64,000 nucleotides of DNA from Acidimicrobiales bacterium (GTDB lineage: Bacteria > Actinomycetota > Acidimicrobiia > Acidimicrobiales > CADCSY01): positions 14,671 to 78,670 of the forward strand of contig JAOBWJ010000163.1 in NCBI GenBank assembly GCA_025463335.1, in the 5' to 3' direction. Positions 34,523 through 42,925 of this stretch are shown piece after piece. Below the pieces are notes generated by a model. The model saw only the letters and a list, made by a program, of their open reading frames with translations, was not told the DNA's origin and ran no database searches. Position 1 is the stretch's first letter, and each line of letters starts with the position of its first letter. A program made the translations under genes and the position numbers.

Positions 34523-35101
34523 TCATGGCATGACCGTCCGAGTGAACGGGCGACGACCCGTGCGGGGATCGAGCTGGCGCAGCCGCCATGCCAGCGCGAG
34601 GCGCACGACGCCGGCGAAGATCGCGTACCAGCCGATCAGCCACGTGATCACCAGGGCGCCGGCGCCCGGGGTGATCACGAGGAGGACGGCGAACAGCACC
34701 GACAGCACGCCGGCCACGGCCAGGAGCCACTCGCCGCGAAGCTCACGCCGCAGCCGCACCGCGGCCACGATCTCGAGCACGCCGGTGACGAACGCCCACC
34801 CGGCGACGACGAAGAGCAGAGCCAGGGCGGTGATGCCGGGCCAAACGAACGTGATGATGCCGGCGGCCACGCCGGCCAGGCCGATGAGGACGACGAGGGC
34901 CTTGGATGTCCCGTCGTGCGACCCGCTGGTGAAGGCGGCGACCAGCATCGACACGCCGTCGATCAGGGCCAAGGCGCCGAACAGCAGGATCAGCGCGGTG
35001 AGCGTGAGTCCCGGCCAGATCAGGGTGACCAGACCGAACAGCACGGCGGCGGCGCCTCGAATGGCGAAGCTCCGGCGGTCACCGACGTCGTACAGGATCA
35101 T
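34523..35101 (-). CDS. HdeD/DUF308-family membrane protein
   Basis: Track ORF 34523..35128 trimmed to ATG 35101 (GGAGG 8 nt upstream). Six hydrophobic segments with repeated G-x-x-x-I/L-x-G-I/V patterns. Confidence 0.75.
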   Translation of the reverse strand: MILYDVGDRRSFAIRGAAAVLFGLVTLIWPGLTLTALILLFGALALIDGVSMLVAAFTSGSHDGTSKALVVLIGLAGVAAGIITFVWPGITALALLFVVAGWAFVTGVLEIVAAVRLRRELRGEWLLAVAGVLSVLFAVLLVITPGAGALVITWLIGWYAIFAGVVRLALAWRLRQLDPRTGRRPFTRTVMP

Positions 35102-35153
35102 CGCGGCAACCTCCACGTTTGGCCGCACGGGTTGGGATCGCCGAACCCCTCCA

Positions 35154-37802
35154 TCAGACGCCGACCAGCTCCTGCTCGGGCGCCGCGGTCGGGGCGTCTC
35201 CCCAGGTGATGACCAGCTCGCCGTCCCGGACCTCGACCCGGATCACGGCGCCCTCCTGGATGGCACCCCCGAGCAGGGCCCGGCCGATCCGGGTCTCCAC
35301 CTCGTGGGCGATGAAGCGCTTGAGCGGGCGGGCGCCGTACACCGGGTCGTAGCCCTCGTGGGCGATGAGGCGCAGCGCGTCCTCCGTCACCTCCATCGAC
35401 ATCCGCTGGTCGGCCAGGCGGCTGCGCACGTCATCGAGCTGGAGGTCGACGATGCGCTCGATCTCCTGTTCGGTGAGCGGCTTGAACAGCACGATGTCGT
35501 CGATGCGGTTGAGGAACTCGGGGCGGAAGTGGCCCCGCAACTCGGCCATGACGCGGGCCTCGGCGTCGGCTGCGATCTGGCCGTCGGGGGTGAGCCCGTC
35601 GAGCAGGTAGATCGAGCCGATGTTCGACGTCATGATGATCACGGTGTTGCGGAAGTCGACCGTCCGGCCCTGGGCGTCGGTCAGCCGGCCGTCGTCGAGG
35701 ACCTGCAGCAGCGTGTTGAACACGTCGGCGTGGGCCTTCTCGATCTCGTCGAACAACAGCACCGAGTAGGGCTTGCGCCGCACGGCCTCGGTGAGCTGGC
35801 CACCCTCCTCGTAGCCCACGTAGCCCGGAGGGGCACCGACCAGGCGGCTCACCGTGTGCCGCTCCTGGTACTCGCTCATGTCGATGCGGACGATGTTCTC
35901 CTCGGTGTCGAACAGCGCCTCGGCCAGGGCCTTGGCCAGCTCGGTCTTCCCGACGCCGGTCGGGCCGAGGAAGACGAACGAACCGATCGGGCGGCGGGGG
36001 TCCTTGATGCCCGATCGGGCCCGGATGATGGCGTCGGTCACCAGCTGCACGGCCTGGTCCTGGCCGATGATCCGCTCGTGGAGGATCTCGTCGAGCCGGA
36101 GCAACTTCTGCCGCTCCCCCTCCTGGAGGCGGCTCACCGGGATGCCGGTCCACCGGGAGACGATGTTGGCGATCTCGGCCTCGGTCACCTCCTCGCGGAG
36201 CAGCCGGTGGGTCCCTTGCTTGGCGGCCAACCGCTCCTCCTCGGCCTTGAGCTGGCGCTCGAGCTCGGGCAGCTTCCCGTGGCGCAACTCGGCGGCCGTG
36301 TTGAGGTCGTAGGCCCGCTCGGCGGCGTCGGCCTGCTGGCGGATGCGCTCGATCTCCTCGCGCAGCGACTGCACCTTCTTGAGGGCGTGGCGCTCGGCCT
36401 CCCACTGGGCTCGCATGGCGTCGGCCTCCGAGCGCAGGTCGGCCAGCTCCCTGCGCAGTTCCTCCAGCCGGTCCTTGCTGGCCCTGTCCTTCTCCTTGGC
36501 GAGCGCCGCCTCCTCGATCTCGAGGCGGGTCACGCGCCGCGTCAGCTCGTCGAGCTCGGCCGGCATCGAGTCGATCTCGGTGCGCAGCATGGCGCACGCC
36601 TCGTCGACCAGGTCGATGGCCTTGTCCGGGAGGAACCGGTCGGAGATGTAACGATGGGACAGGACCACGGCGGCGACCAGGGCGGTGTCCTGGATCCCGA
36701 CGCCGTGGAAGACCTCGAAGCGCTCACGCAGGCCGCGGAGGATGGAGATGGCGTCCTCCTCGCTCGGCTCGTCGACCAGTACGGGCTGGAACCGGCGCTC
36801 GAGGGCCGCGTCCTTCTCGATGTGCTTGCGGTACTCGTCGAGCGTGGTCGCGCCGATGAGGTGCAGCTCGCCGCGGGCCAGCATGGGCTTGAGCATGTTG
36901 CCGGCGTCCATGGCTCCCTCGGCGGCGCCGGCGCCCACCACGTTGTGGACCTCGTCGATGAACAGAAGGATCCGACCCTCGGCCGCCGTGACCTCGGTGA
37001 GCACGGCCTTCAGGCGCTCTTCGAACTCGCCGCGGTACTTGGCCCCGGCCACCAGGGAGCCCATGTCGAGCGCGAACACCGTCTTGTCCCTGAGCCCCTC
37101 GGGCACGTCGCCGCGCATGATCCGTTGGGCCAAGCCCTCGACGATGGCCGTCTTGCCCACGCCCGGATCACCGATCAGCACCGGGTTGTTCTTGGTCTTG
37201 CGGGAGAGGATCTGGACGGTGCGACGGATCTCGGCATCGCGGCCGATGACCGGGTCGAGCCGGCCGGAACGGGCGTCGGCCACCAGATCCCGCCCGTACT
37301 TCTCGAGCGCCTCGTACGCCACCTCGGGCATGGCCGACGTCACCCGCTGGTTGCCTCGTATCGACGTCAACGCCTGGAGGAAGGCGTCCCGCGTGATCCC
37401 GTGCTGGGCCAGCAGCCGGCCGGCAGCGGTGGACGAGCCCTCGTCGAGGAGGGCCACGACGAGGTGCTCGACGGAGACGTAGTCGTCCTTCAGCCGCTTG
37501 GCCTGCTGCTCGGCGCTGTCCAGCAGGCGGGACAGGCGTTGGGTGATGAACACCTGACCGGGCGAAGCGCCCGGGCCCGTGACCTTCGGCCGTCGGGCCA
37601 GCTCGGCCTCCAGGTCGGCCTTCAGCCGGTCGGGGTCGGCGCCGGCCGCGGCGAGCAGCCGGGGCGTCAGGCCCTCCGGTTGGTCGAGCAGGGCGAGGAG
37701 GAGGTGCTCCCCATCCACCTCGGTGTGCCCGAAGCGCAGGGCCTTGGTCTGGGCGTCCTGCAGCGCCTCTTGCGACTTCTGGGTCAGGCGCTCGAGATCC
37801 AC
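35154..37802 (-). CDS. clpB: ATP-dependent chaperone/disaggregase ClpB
   Basis: Track ORF. Canonical N-terminus [18 protein letters not shown]. Two AAA+ modules ([15 protein letters not shown]; [17 protein letters not shown]) and a coiled-coil middle domain. Confidence 0.95.
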   Translation of the reverse strand: MDLERLTQKSQEALQDAQTKALRFGHTEVDGEHLLLALLDQPEGLTPRLLAAAGADPDRLKADLEAELARRPKVTGPGASPGQVFITQRLSRLLDSAEQQAKRLKDDYVSVEHLVVALLDEGSSTAAGRLLAQHGITRDAFLQALTSIRGNQRVTSAMPEVAYEALEKYGRDLVADARSGRLDPVIGRDAEIRRTVQILSRKTKNNPVLIGDPGVGKTAIVEGLAQRIMRGDVPEGLRDKTVFALDMGSLVAGAKYRGEFEERLKAVLTEVTAAEGRILLFIDEVHNVVGAGAAEGAMDAGNMLKPMLARGELHLIGATTLDEYRKHIEKDAALERRFQPVLVDEPSEEDAISILRGLRERFEVFHGVGIQDTALVAAVVLSHRYISDRFLPDKAIDLVDEACAMLRTEIDSMPAELDELTRRVTRLEIEEAALAKEKDRASKDRLEELRRELADLRSEADAMRAQWEAERHALKKVQSLREEIERIRQQADAAERAYDLNTAAELRHGKLPELERQLKAEEERLAAKQGTHRLLREEVTEAEIANIVSRWTGIPVSRLQEGERQKLLRLDEILHERIIGQDQAVQLVTDAIIRARSGIKDPRRPIGSFVFLGPTGVGKTELAKALAEALFDTEENIVRIDMSEYQERHTVSRLVGAPPGYVGYEEGGQLTEAVRRKPYSVLLFDEIEKAHADVFNTLLQVLDDGRLTDAQGRTVDFRNTVIIMTSNIGSIYLLDGLTPDGQIAADAEARVMAELRGHFRPEFLNRIDDIVLFKPLTEQEIERIVDLQLDDVRSRLADQRMSMEVTEDALRLIAHEGYDPVYGARPLKRFIAHEVETRIGRALLGGAIQEGAVIRVEVRDGELVITWGDAPTAAPEQELVGV

Positions 37803-38104
37803 GGCGATCCTCCGGTTCGTGGTCGGGTGCGAAGGGCGGCTTCCAGCACTTCGATGCGGTCGAGCAGATCCACCACCACACCGAGGGCGGCGTAGTTGAG
37901 CGACAGGCCGGCGCGGAGCCGCTCCAGGCGGGCGGCGGCCGCGAGCTGGGCGGGGGGGAACCGCAGCTCGCCGGCCGGGCCCCGCGTCGCCTCCAACAAG
38001 CCCAGGGCGACGAGGCGTCGTACGAGCTCGGGATGCAGCCCGCTCGCTCGGGCGAAGGTCTCGAGGTCGAGGCGGGTGCGGCGCACCAGCACCGTTGTCG
38101 TCAT
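37784..38104 (-). CDS. MerR-type chaperone-operon regulator/modulator (CbpM-like or HspR-like)
   Basis: C-terminal 106 codons of track ORF 37784..38356. ATG 38104 overlaps the J-protein stop (ATGA). [27 protein letters not shown] ... fits a MerR-type HTH in the CbpM arrangement. The 3' end overlaps the clpB start by 19 nt. Confidence 0.65.
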   Translation of the reverse strand: MTTTVLVRRTRLDLETFARASGLHPELVRRLVALGLLEATRGPAGELRFPPAQLAAAARLERLRAGLSLNYAALGVVVDLLDRIEVLEAALRTRPRTGGSPWISSA

Positions 38105-39024
38105 CGTGATCTCCGGGGGTCGAAGCTGGATACGCGGGCCAGCTCCTCGAACAGGCGTTGCTCGTCGTCCGACAGCTTCCTCGGCACCACCATGCGGACC
38201 TCTGCGTAGAGGTCGCCGGGCGTGCCCTTCGGGTCGGGGATGCCCCTTCCCTTGAGTCGCAGACGCCGACCCGATGAGGTGCCGGCCGGCACCTTCACGG
38301 TGGCCGTCCCGCCCGGGTAGTGCACCGGCGCCGAGGTGCCGAGCGCCCCCTCCCACGGCGCGATCGGGAGCTCGACGTAGACGTCGCGACCCTCCACCCG
38401 GTAGCGCTTGCTCGGCGCCAGGTCGACGATGAGATAGAGGTCGCCGGGCGGTCCGCCGCCCGGGCCTCTCGAACCCTGGCCGCGAAGCCGGATGCGCTGG
38501 CCGTCGACCACGCCGGCGGGGATGTTCACGTCGAGGCGACGGGGACCGTCGGGGCCCGTGAGGGTGATCGTCCGCGTGGCGCCGCGGTAGGCGTCCTCGA
38601 GGGGCAGCTCGACCTCGACCTCCTGGTTGGCACCGCGTACCGGGGCACGGGGCCGGCGCCGGCCGCCGCCGAACATCTCGCCGAACAAGTCAGACAGGTC
38701 GATGTCGTCGAAGTCGGTCGACGACCACTGGACCCGCTGACCGCCCGCCGGCGCCCGGCCCCGCTGGGCCCATTGCGCGGCGTCGACGCCCTCGGGCACC
38801 TGGCGGAAGTCGTGGCCGAAGGCGTCGTATCGCTTGCGCGTGTCGGGGTCGGACAGGACGTCGTAGGCCTCGGCCACCTCGGCGAACCTCGCCTCGGCCG
38901 TCGGGTCCTTGTTCACGTCGGGGTGGTAGGTCCGGGCCAACTTGCGGTAGGCGCGCTGGATCTCCTCGGAGCTGGCGCCTCGGCCGACGCCGAGCACGTC
39001 GTAGAAGTCGGCCCGGTCGGCCAC
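38101..39024 (-). CDS. J-domain co-chaperone, class II (CbpA/DnaJ-like, no zinc-finger domain)
   Basis: Track ORF. J domain DFYDVLGV ... [13 protein letters not shown]. Gly-rich linker and two C-terminal beta domains. No CxxCxGxG repeats are present in the translation. Confidence 0.9.
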   Translation of the reverse strand: MADRADFYDVLGVGRGASSEEIQRAYRKLARTYHPDVNKDPTAEARFAEVAEAYDVLSDPDTRKRYDAFGHDFRQVPEGVDAAQWAQRGRAPAGGQRVQWSSTDFDDIDLSDLFGEMFGGGRRRPRAPVRGANQEVEVELPLEDAYRGATRTITLTGPDGPRRLDVNIPAGVVDGQRIRLRGQGSRGPGGGPPGDLYLIVDLAPSKRYRVEGRDVYVELPIAPWEGALGTSAPVHYPGGTATVKVPAGTSSGRRLRLKGRGIPDPKGTPGDLYAEVRMVVPRKLSDDEQRLFEELARVSSFDPRRSR

Positions 39025-39546
39025 CTAGCGCCCCTGGGCGACGATCACGCCGGCCGGACGCAACACCGACCCGGCTCTGCCGTAGCCGGGGTGAACGGCG
39101 GTCACGATGGAGTTGGCCGGCGCCTCGCTGGCGACCGAACCGACGGCCTCGTGGCGTTCGGGGTCGAAGGCCTCACCGATGTCGTCGTAACGGGGGTAGC
39201 CGAGCTGGGCCAGGACCCCCAGCGCCTGGTCGAGCACGGCGCTGACGCCTTCGAGCACGGCATCGGCGGCCCGCTCCTCGTCCGCGTACTGCAGCGAGCG
39301 CTCGAGGTTGTCGACGACCGGCAACCACTGGGCAGCCACCCGCTCGCGCTCAGCGGCGCGCTCTCGGGCGACCTCCCGTTGGAACCGCTTGCGGAGGTTG
39401 TCCAGGTCGGCCAGCGCCCGCACCAGCGCTTCGTCCGGCGGTGGCCCGGCATCGTCCGGCGGTCGGCTCGCCTCGTCGGGCGGGCGAGCCTGTTCCTCCA
39501 CGACCTCGGGCGAATCCTCCCGGGCCTCGGTCTCCGGCTCGGCCAT
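39025..39546 (-). CDS. grpE: Nucleotide exchange factor GrpE
   Basis: Track ORF. ALADLDNLRKRFQRE and a C-terminal beta domain. Positioned between dnaK and the J-protein gene with gaps of 2 and 0 nt. Confidence 0.9.
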   Translation of the reverse strand: MAEPETEAREDSPEVVEEQARPPDEASRPPDDAGPPPDEALVRALADLDNLRKRFQREVARERAAERERVAAQWLPVVDNLERSLQYADEERAADAVLEGVSAVLDQALGVLAQLGYPRYDDIGEAFDPERHEAVGSVASEAPANSIVTAVHPGYGRAGSVLRPAGVIVAQGR

Positions 39547-39548
39547 GG

Positions 39549-41432
39549 CTAGCTCACGGTGAAGTCGGCGTCGATGACGTCGTCATCGGACGAGGACTGG
39601 GGCTGGTCGGTGAGGTCGACGTCGGGCCCGGCACCACCGCCGGTCGCGGCACCCAGGGAGTGGAACACCTGCTGGAGCTCGCCGATCAGCGGCCGGACAG
39701 TGTCGAGCGGCGCAGCTTCCTTCACGGCGTTGCGGGCCTGCTCCACGAGCTGCTCGGCCCGGGCCTTCTCGTGCATCGGCGCCTGGTCGCCCAGCTCGGA
39801 CAGCCGACGCTCGACCTGGTACGCGATGGCGTCGAGCTCGTTGCGAGCGTCGATCTCCTCACGGATCCGTGCGTCCTCCGCCCGATGCTCCTCGGCCTCC
39901 TTCACCATGCGGTCGATGTCGGCGGAGTCGAGGTTCGAGCTCTCGGTGATGGTCACCCCCTGCTCGGCCCCGGTGTCCTTGTCCCGCGCCGTCACGTGGA
40001 GGATCCCGTTGGCGTCGATCTCGGACGTCACGTCGATCTGGGTCTCGCCCCGGCGCGACGGCCGGAGGCCTTCAAGGCGGAACCGCCCGAGGACCCGGTT
40101 GTCGGCGGCCCGTTCCCGCTCACCCTGGAGCACGACGACGTCGACGGCCTGCTGGTTGTCCTCGGCCGTGCTGAACGTCTCCGTGCGCCGGGCCGGGATC
40201 GTCGTGTTGCGGTCGATGAGCTTGGTCATGACCCCGCCCATGGTTTCCACGCCGAGCGACAGCGGCGTGACGTCGAGCAGCAGGACGTCCTTGACCTCGC
40301 CCTTGATGATCGCCGCCTGGATGGCCGCTCCGACTGCCACGACCTCGTCGGGGTTCACCGTCATGTTCGGGTCCTTGCCACCCGTGAGGCGGCGGACCAG
40401 GTTCTGCACGGCGGGCATACGGGTCGACCCGCCGACGAGAATGACCTCGTCGATGTCGTTGGCCGTGACCTTGGCATCGGCCATGGCCTGCTGCACCGGT
40501 CCCATGCACCGATCGAGCAGATCAGCGGTGATCTCCTCGAACGTCGAGCGCATGATCGTCATCACCAGGTGCTTGGGCCCAGAGGCGTCGGCGGTGATGA
40601 ACGGCAGGTTCACCTGCGTCTGGGTCACCTGCGACAGCTCGACCTTGGCCTTCTCGGCCGCCTCGAACAGGCGTTGCAGGGCCTGCGGGTCCTGGCGCAG
40701 GTCGATGCCGTTGTCGCGCTGGAACTCGTCGGCCATGAGGTCGACGAGCCGGCGGTCGAAGTCGTCACCGCCGAGATGAGTGTCGCCGGAGGTGGCCCGC
40801 ACCTCGACCACGCCCTCGCCCACGTCGAGGATGCTGACGTCGAACGTGCCGCCGCCGAGGTCGAACACCAGCACGGTCTCGTCCGACCGCTGGTCCAGTC
40901 CGTACGCCAGGGCCGCCGCGGTGGGCTCGTTTATGATGCGGAGCACCTCGAGACCGGCGATCTTGCCGGCATCGCGCGTGGCCTGGCGCTGGGCGTCGTT
41001 GAAGTAGGCGGGAACGGTGATGACCGCCTCGGTCACCCGCTCACCGAGGAACTTCGAGGCGTCCTCCGCCAGCTTGCGCAGGATCATCGCCGAGATCTCC
41101 TCGGGGGCGTAGAGCTTGTCGCGCACCTTGACGCGGACGGCTCCGTCGGGTCCGTCCACCACGTCGAAGGGCACGGTCTCGATCTCGCTCTGGACCTCGT
41201 CGATCTTGCGGCCGATGAACCGCTTGATCGACGAGATCGTCCCCTTCGGGTTCAGGATCGCCTGGCGGCGGGCCACCTGGCCGACGAGACGCTCACCGTT
41301 GTCGGTGAACGCCACGACCGACGGGGTGGTGCGCTGTCCCTCGGCGTTGGGGATGACGGTGGGCTGGCCGCCCTCGACGGTCGCGATGACCGAGTTGGTC
41401 GTGCCCAGGTCGATGCCGACTGCCTTGGCCAT
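39549..41432 (-). CDS. dnaK: Hsp70 chaperone DnaK
   Basis: Track [28 protein letters not shown] and other Hsp70 signatures. Confidence 0.97.
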   Translation of the reverse strand: MAKAVGIDLGTTNSVIATVEGGQPTVIPNAEGQRTTPSVVAFTDNGERLVGQVARRQAILNPKGTISSIKRFIGRKIDEVQSEIETVPFDVVDGPDGAVRVKVRDKLYAPEEISAMILRKLAEDASKFLGERVTEAVITVPAYFNDAQRQATRDAGKIAGLEVLRIINEPTAAALAYGLDQRSDETVLVFDLGGGTFDVSILDVGEGVVEVRATSGDTHLGGDDFDRRLVDLMADEFQRDNGIDLRQDPQALQRLFEAAEKAKVELSQVTQTQVNLPFITADASGPKHLVMTIMRSTFEEITADLLDRCMGPVQQAMADAKVTANDIDEVILVGGSTRMPAVQNLVRRLTGGKDPNMTVNPDEVVAVGAAIQAAIIKGEVKDVLLLDVTPLSLGVETMGGVMTKLIDRNTTIPARRTETFSTAEDNQQAVDVVVLQGERERAADNRVLGRFRLEGLRPSRRGETQIDVTSEIDANGILHVTARDKDTGAEQGVTITESSNLDSADIDRMVKEAEEHRAEDARIREEIDARNELDAIAYQVERRLSELGDQAPMHEKARAEQLVEQARNAVKEAAPLDTVRPLIGELQQVFHSLGAATGGGAGPDVDLTDQPQSSSDDDVIDADFTVS

Positions 41433-41441
41433 GTGTCCTCC

Positions 41442-41942
41442 TCAGGTCCCGCTGGAGGCGGGCTGTTGGGACTGTGCTTGGGCGGTCACCTGCTGCTGCT
41501 GTTGCTCACGGGACTGGGCCGTCACCTCTTGCTGCTCGTGTTCGTGACCAGCCACCATCACCTTCCGGGGCCTCGATTGCTCGGCCACGGGGATCATGAG
41601 CGTCAGCACGCCGTTGTCGTAGGAGGCCTCGACGTTCTCGGGGTCGAGGTTGTCCCCCAGCAAGAGCTCACGGGTGAACGTGCCCTGCGGTCGCTCGTTG
41701 ATCAGGACCTCCTGGCCCTCGGCCGGTTGCCACCGGCGCTCGACGCGCAGGGTGACCACGTTGCGCTCGACCGTGAGGTCGATGGCCTCGGGGTCGACGC
41801 CCGGGATGTCGAACTGGACGACGAGCTGGTCGCCCTCGCGGTAGGCGTCCATCGGGATCGTGTGGGCGCGGGGCTCACCCGGCTGGCCGAGCAGCTGGCC
41901 CACGCGGTCGAGTTCACGGAACGGATCGAAGCGCATCAACAT
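41442..41942 (-). CDS. Small heat-shock protein (Hsp20/alpha-crystallin) with Gln-rich C-terminal extension
   Basis: C-terminal 166 codons of track ORF 41442..42143. ATG 41942 has GAGGAG 6 nt upstream. Alpha-crystallin core MDAYREGDQLVVQFDIPGV ... ASYDNGVLTLMIPV. Only 9 nt upstream of dnaK. Confidence 0.9.
   Translation of the reverse strand: MLMRFDPFRELDRVGQLLGQPGEPRAHTIPMDAYREGDQLVVQFDIPGVDPEAIDLTVERNVVTLRVERRWQPAEGQEVLINERPQGTFTRELLLGDNLDPENVEASYDNGVLTLMIPVAEQSRPRKVMVAGHEHEQQEVTAQSREQQQQQVTAQAQSQQPASSGT
41480..41536 (-). repeat. In-frame 36-nt imperfect tandem duplication inside the hsp20 C-terminal tail
   Basis: GGGCGGTCACCTGCTGCTGCT (41480-41500) and GGGCCGTCACCTCTTGCTGCT (41516-41536) are 36 nt apart. 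They encode ...QQQVTAQA... and ...QQEVTAQS.... Confidence 0.5.
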
Positions 41943-41955
41943 GGAGATCTCCTCG

Positions 41956-42648
41956 TCAGGGGTTCGGCTGGGAAGCAGGGCGCCGGCGCACGGCCAGCAC
42001 GGTCCGGTCGTCGGCCGGGTCGCCCAGAGCGACGAGGCGGCGGCACAGGTGGTCGAGGGGGGCGTGGCGCGACCGGAGGGCCGTGGCGGCGAGACGGGCC
42101 AGCCCCCGGTCCAACTGGTTGTCGTGATGGTCGACGACGCCATCGGTGTAGAGGACGAGCGTGTCGCCCGGCTGGAGGCACACCGTCTGCACCACCGGCT
42201 CGGCCCGCTCGTACGGCGCGCCCAGCGGCGGCTGCAGGTTCTCGGTCAGGAACCGCACCGAGCCGTCAGCGCGCAGGACCAGCGGGGGCGGGTGGCCGGC
42301 ATTGGCCACGACGATCCGCCCATCCGACGTCACCGCCGTGCATACGACTGTCGCGAAGATGCCGTCGAGCAGCTCCAGCACCGGGCGGAGGTTGGCCAGC
42401 AGGTCGGCGGGTGCTGCGCCGCTCCGGGCCAGGCGGCGCAGGGCTGGGCGCAGGGCGTCCTTCACGGGGCGGGCCTGTGGTCCGTGACCGGCGGCGTCGC
42501 CGACGACCACGGCCATCGCGCCGTCCGGCAAGGTCAGCAGGTCACTCCAGTCACCGGACACGCCCGACAGGTCGGCCGGGAGCTCGCGGACGGCAGCGGC
42601 GAAACCGCCTCGCCCGACCTCGAGCTCGACCGCCCCGACTGCGCTCAC
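41956..42648 (-). CDS. SpoIIE/PP2C-family serine phosphatase, catalytic domain only
   Basis: Track ORF. GDWSD ... VVVGDAAGHG ... VANAGHPPPLV ... LVLYTDGV ... DDRTVLAV matches the SpoIIE/RsbU pattern. GTG start overlaps the stop of the small upstream ORF (GTGA). Confidence 0.8.
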   Translation of the reverse strand: MSAVGAVELEVGRGGFAAAVRELPADLSGVSGDWSDLLTLPDGAMAVVVGDAAGHGPQARPVKDALRPALRRLARSGAAPADLLANLRPVLELLDGIFATVVCTAVTSDGRIVVANAGHPPPLVLRADGSVRFLTENLQPPLGAPYERAEPVVQTVCLQPGDTLVLYTDGVVDHHDNQLDRGLARLAATALRSRHAPLDHLCRRLVALGDPADDRTVLAVRRRPASQPNP

Positions 42649-42854
42649 GCCGGACCCAGCTGTGACGTCAGCCGCAGCAGCTCGTCCTCGTCGGCTTCCA
42701 GCCGGGCCAGCGTCAGGCCGAGGAACCCTGCGTCCACGCCGATGTCGGCCGCCGCCCGGCCGAGCCCCTCGAGGGCCTGCAGCAGGCCGGCCATCCGCGT
42801 GTGGTGCTCCCGAACAGCATGAAGCACAGGTTCAACTGCATCCGCTCCGGCCAT
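42645..42854 (-). CDS. Small hypothetical protein (69 aa), helical
   Basis: Last 69 codons of track ORF 42645..43124, from ATG 42854. The stop overlaps the phosphatase start. No recognisable motif and no clear SD. Confidence 0.35.
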   Translation of the reverse strand: MAGADAVEPVLHAVREHHTRMAGLLQALEGLGRAAADIGVDAGFLGLTLARLEADEDELLRLTSQLGPA

Positions 42855-42925
42855 CGAAGGCAGGTTCGCGCCGGCCGTGAGGGGCGCACATCCCGCGAAC
42901 GCGTGGTCCCGAACCCCCGGTGCGG

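Noticed and set aside
34500-37895. 1131-aa ORF on the plus strand.
   Set aside because: It is antisense to HdeD and clpB, the latter an unmistakable AAA+ chaperone. The translation is repetitive (G/A/R/L/V-rich) without motifs. It is a shadow ORF.
39441-42665. 1074-aa ORF on the plus strand.
   Set aside because: It is antisense to grpE, dnaK, hsp20 and the SpoIIE phosphatase. It has no motifs and its tail is extremely Arg/Pro/Gly-rich.
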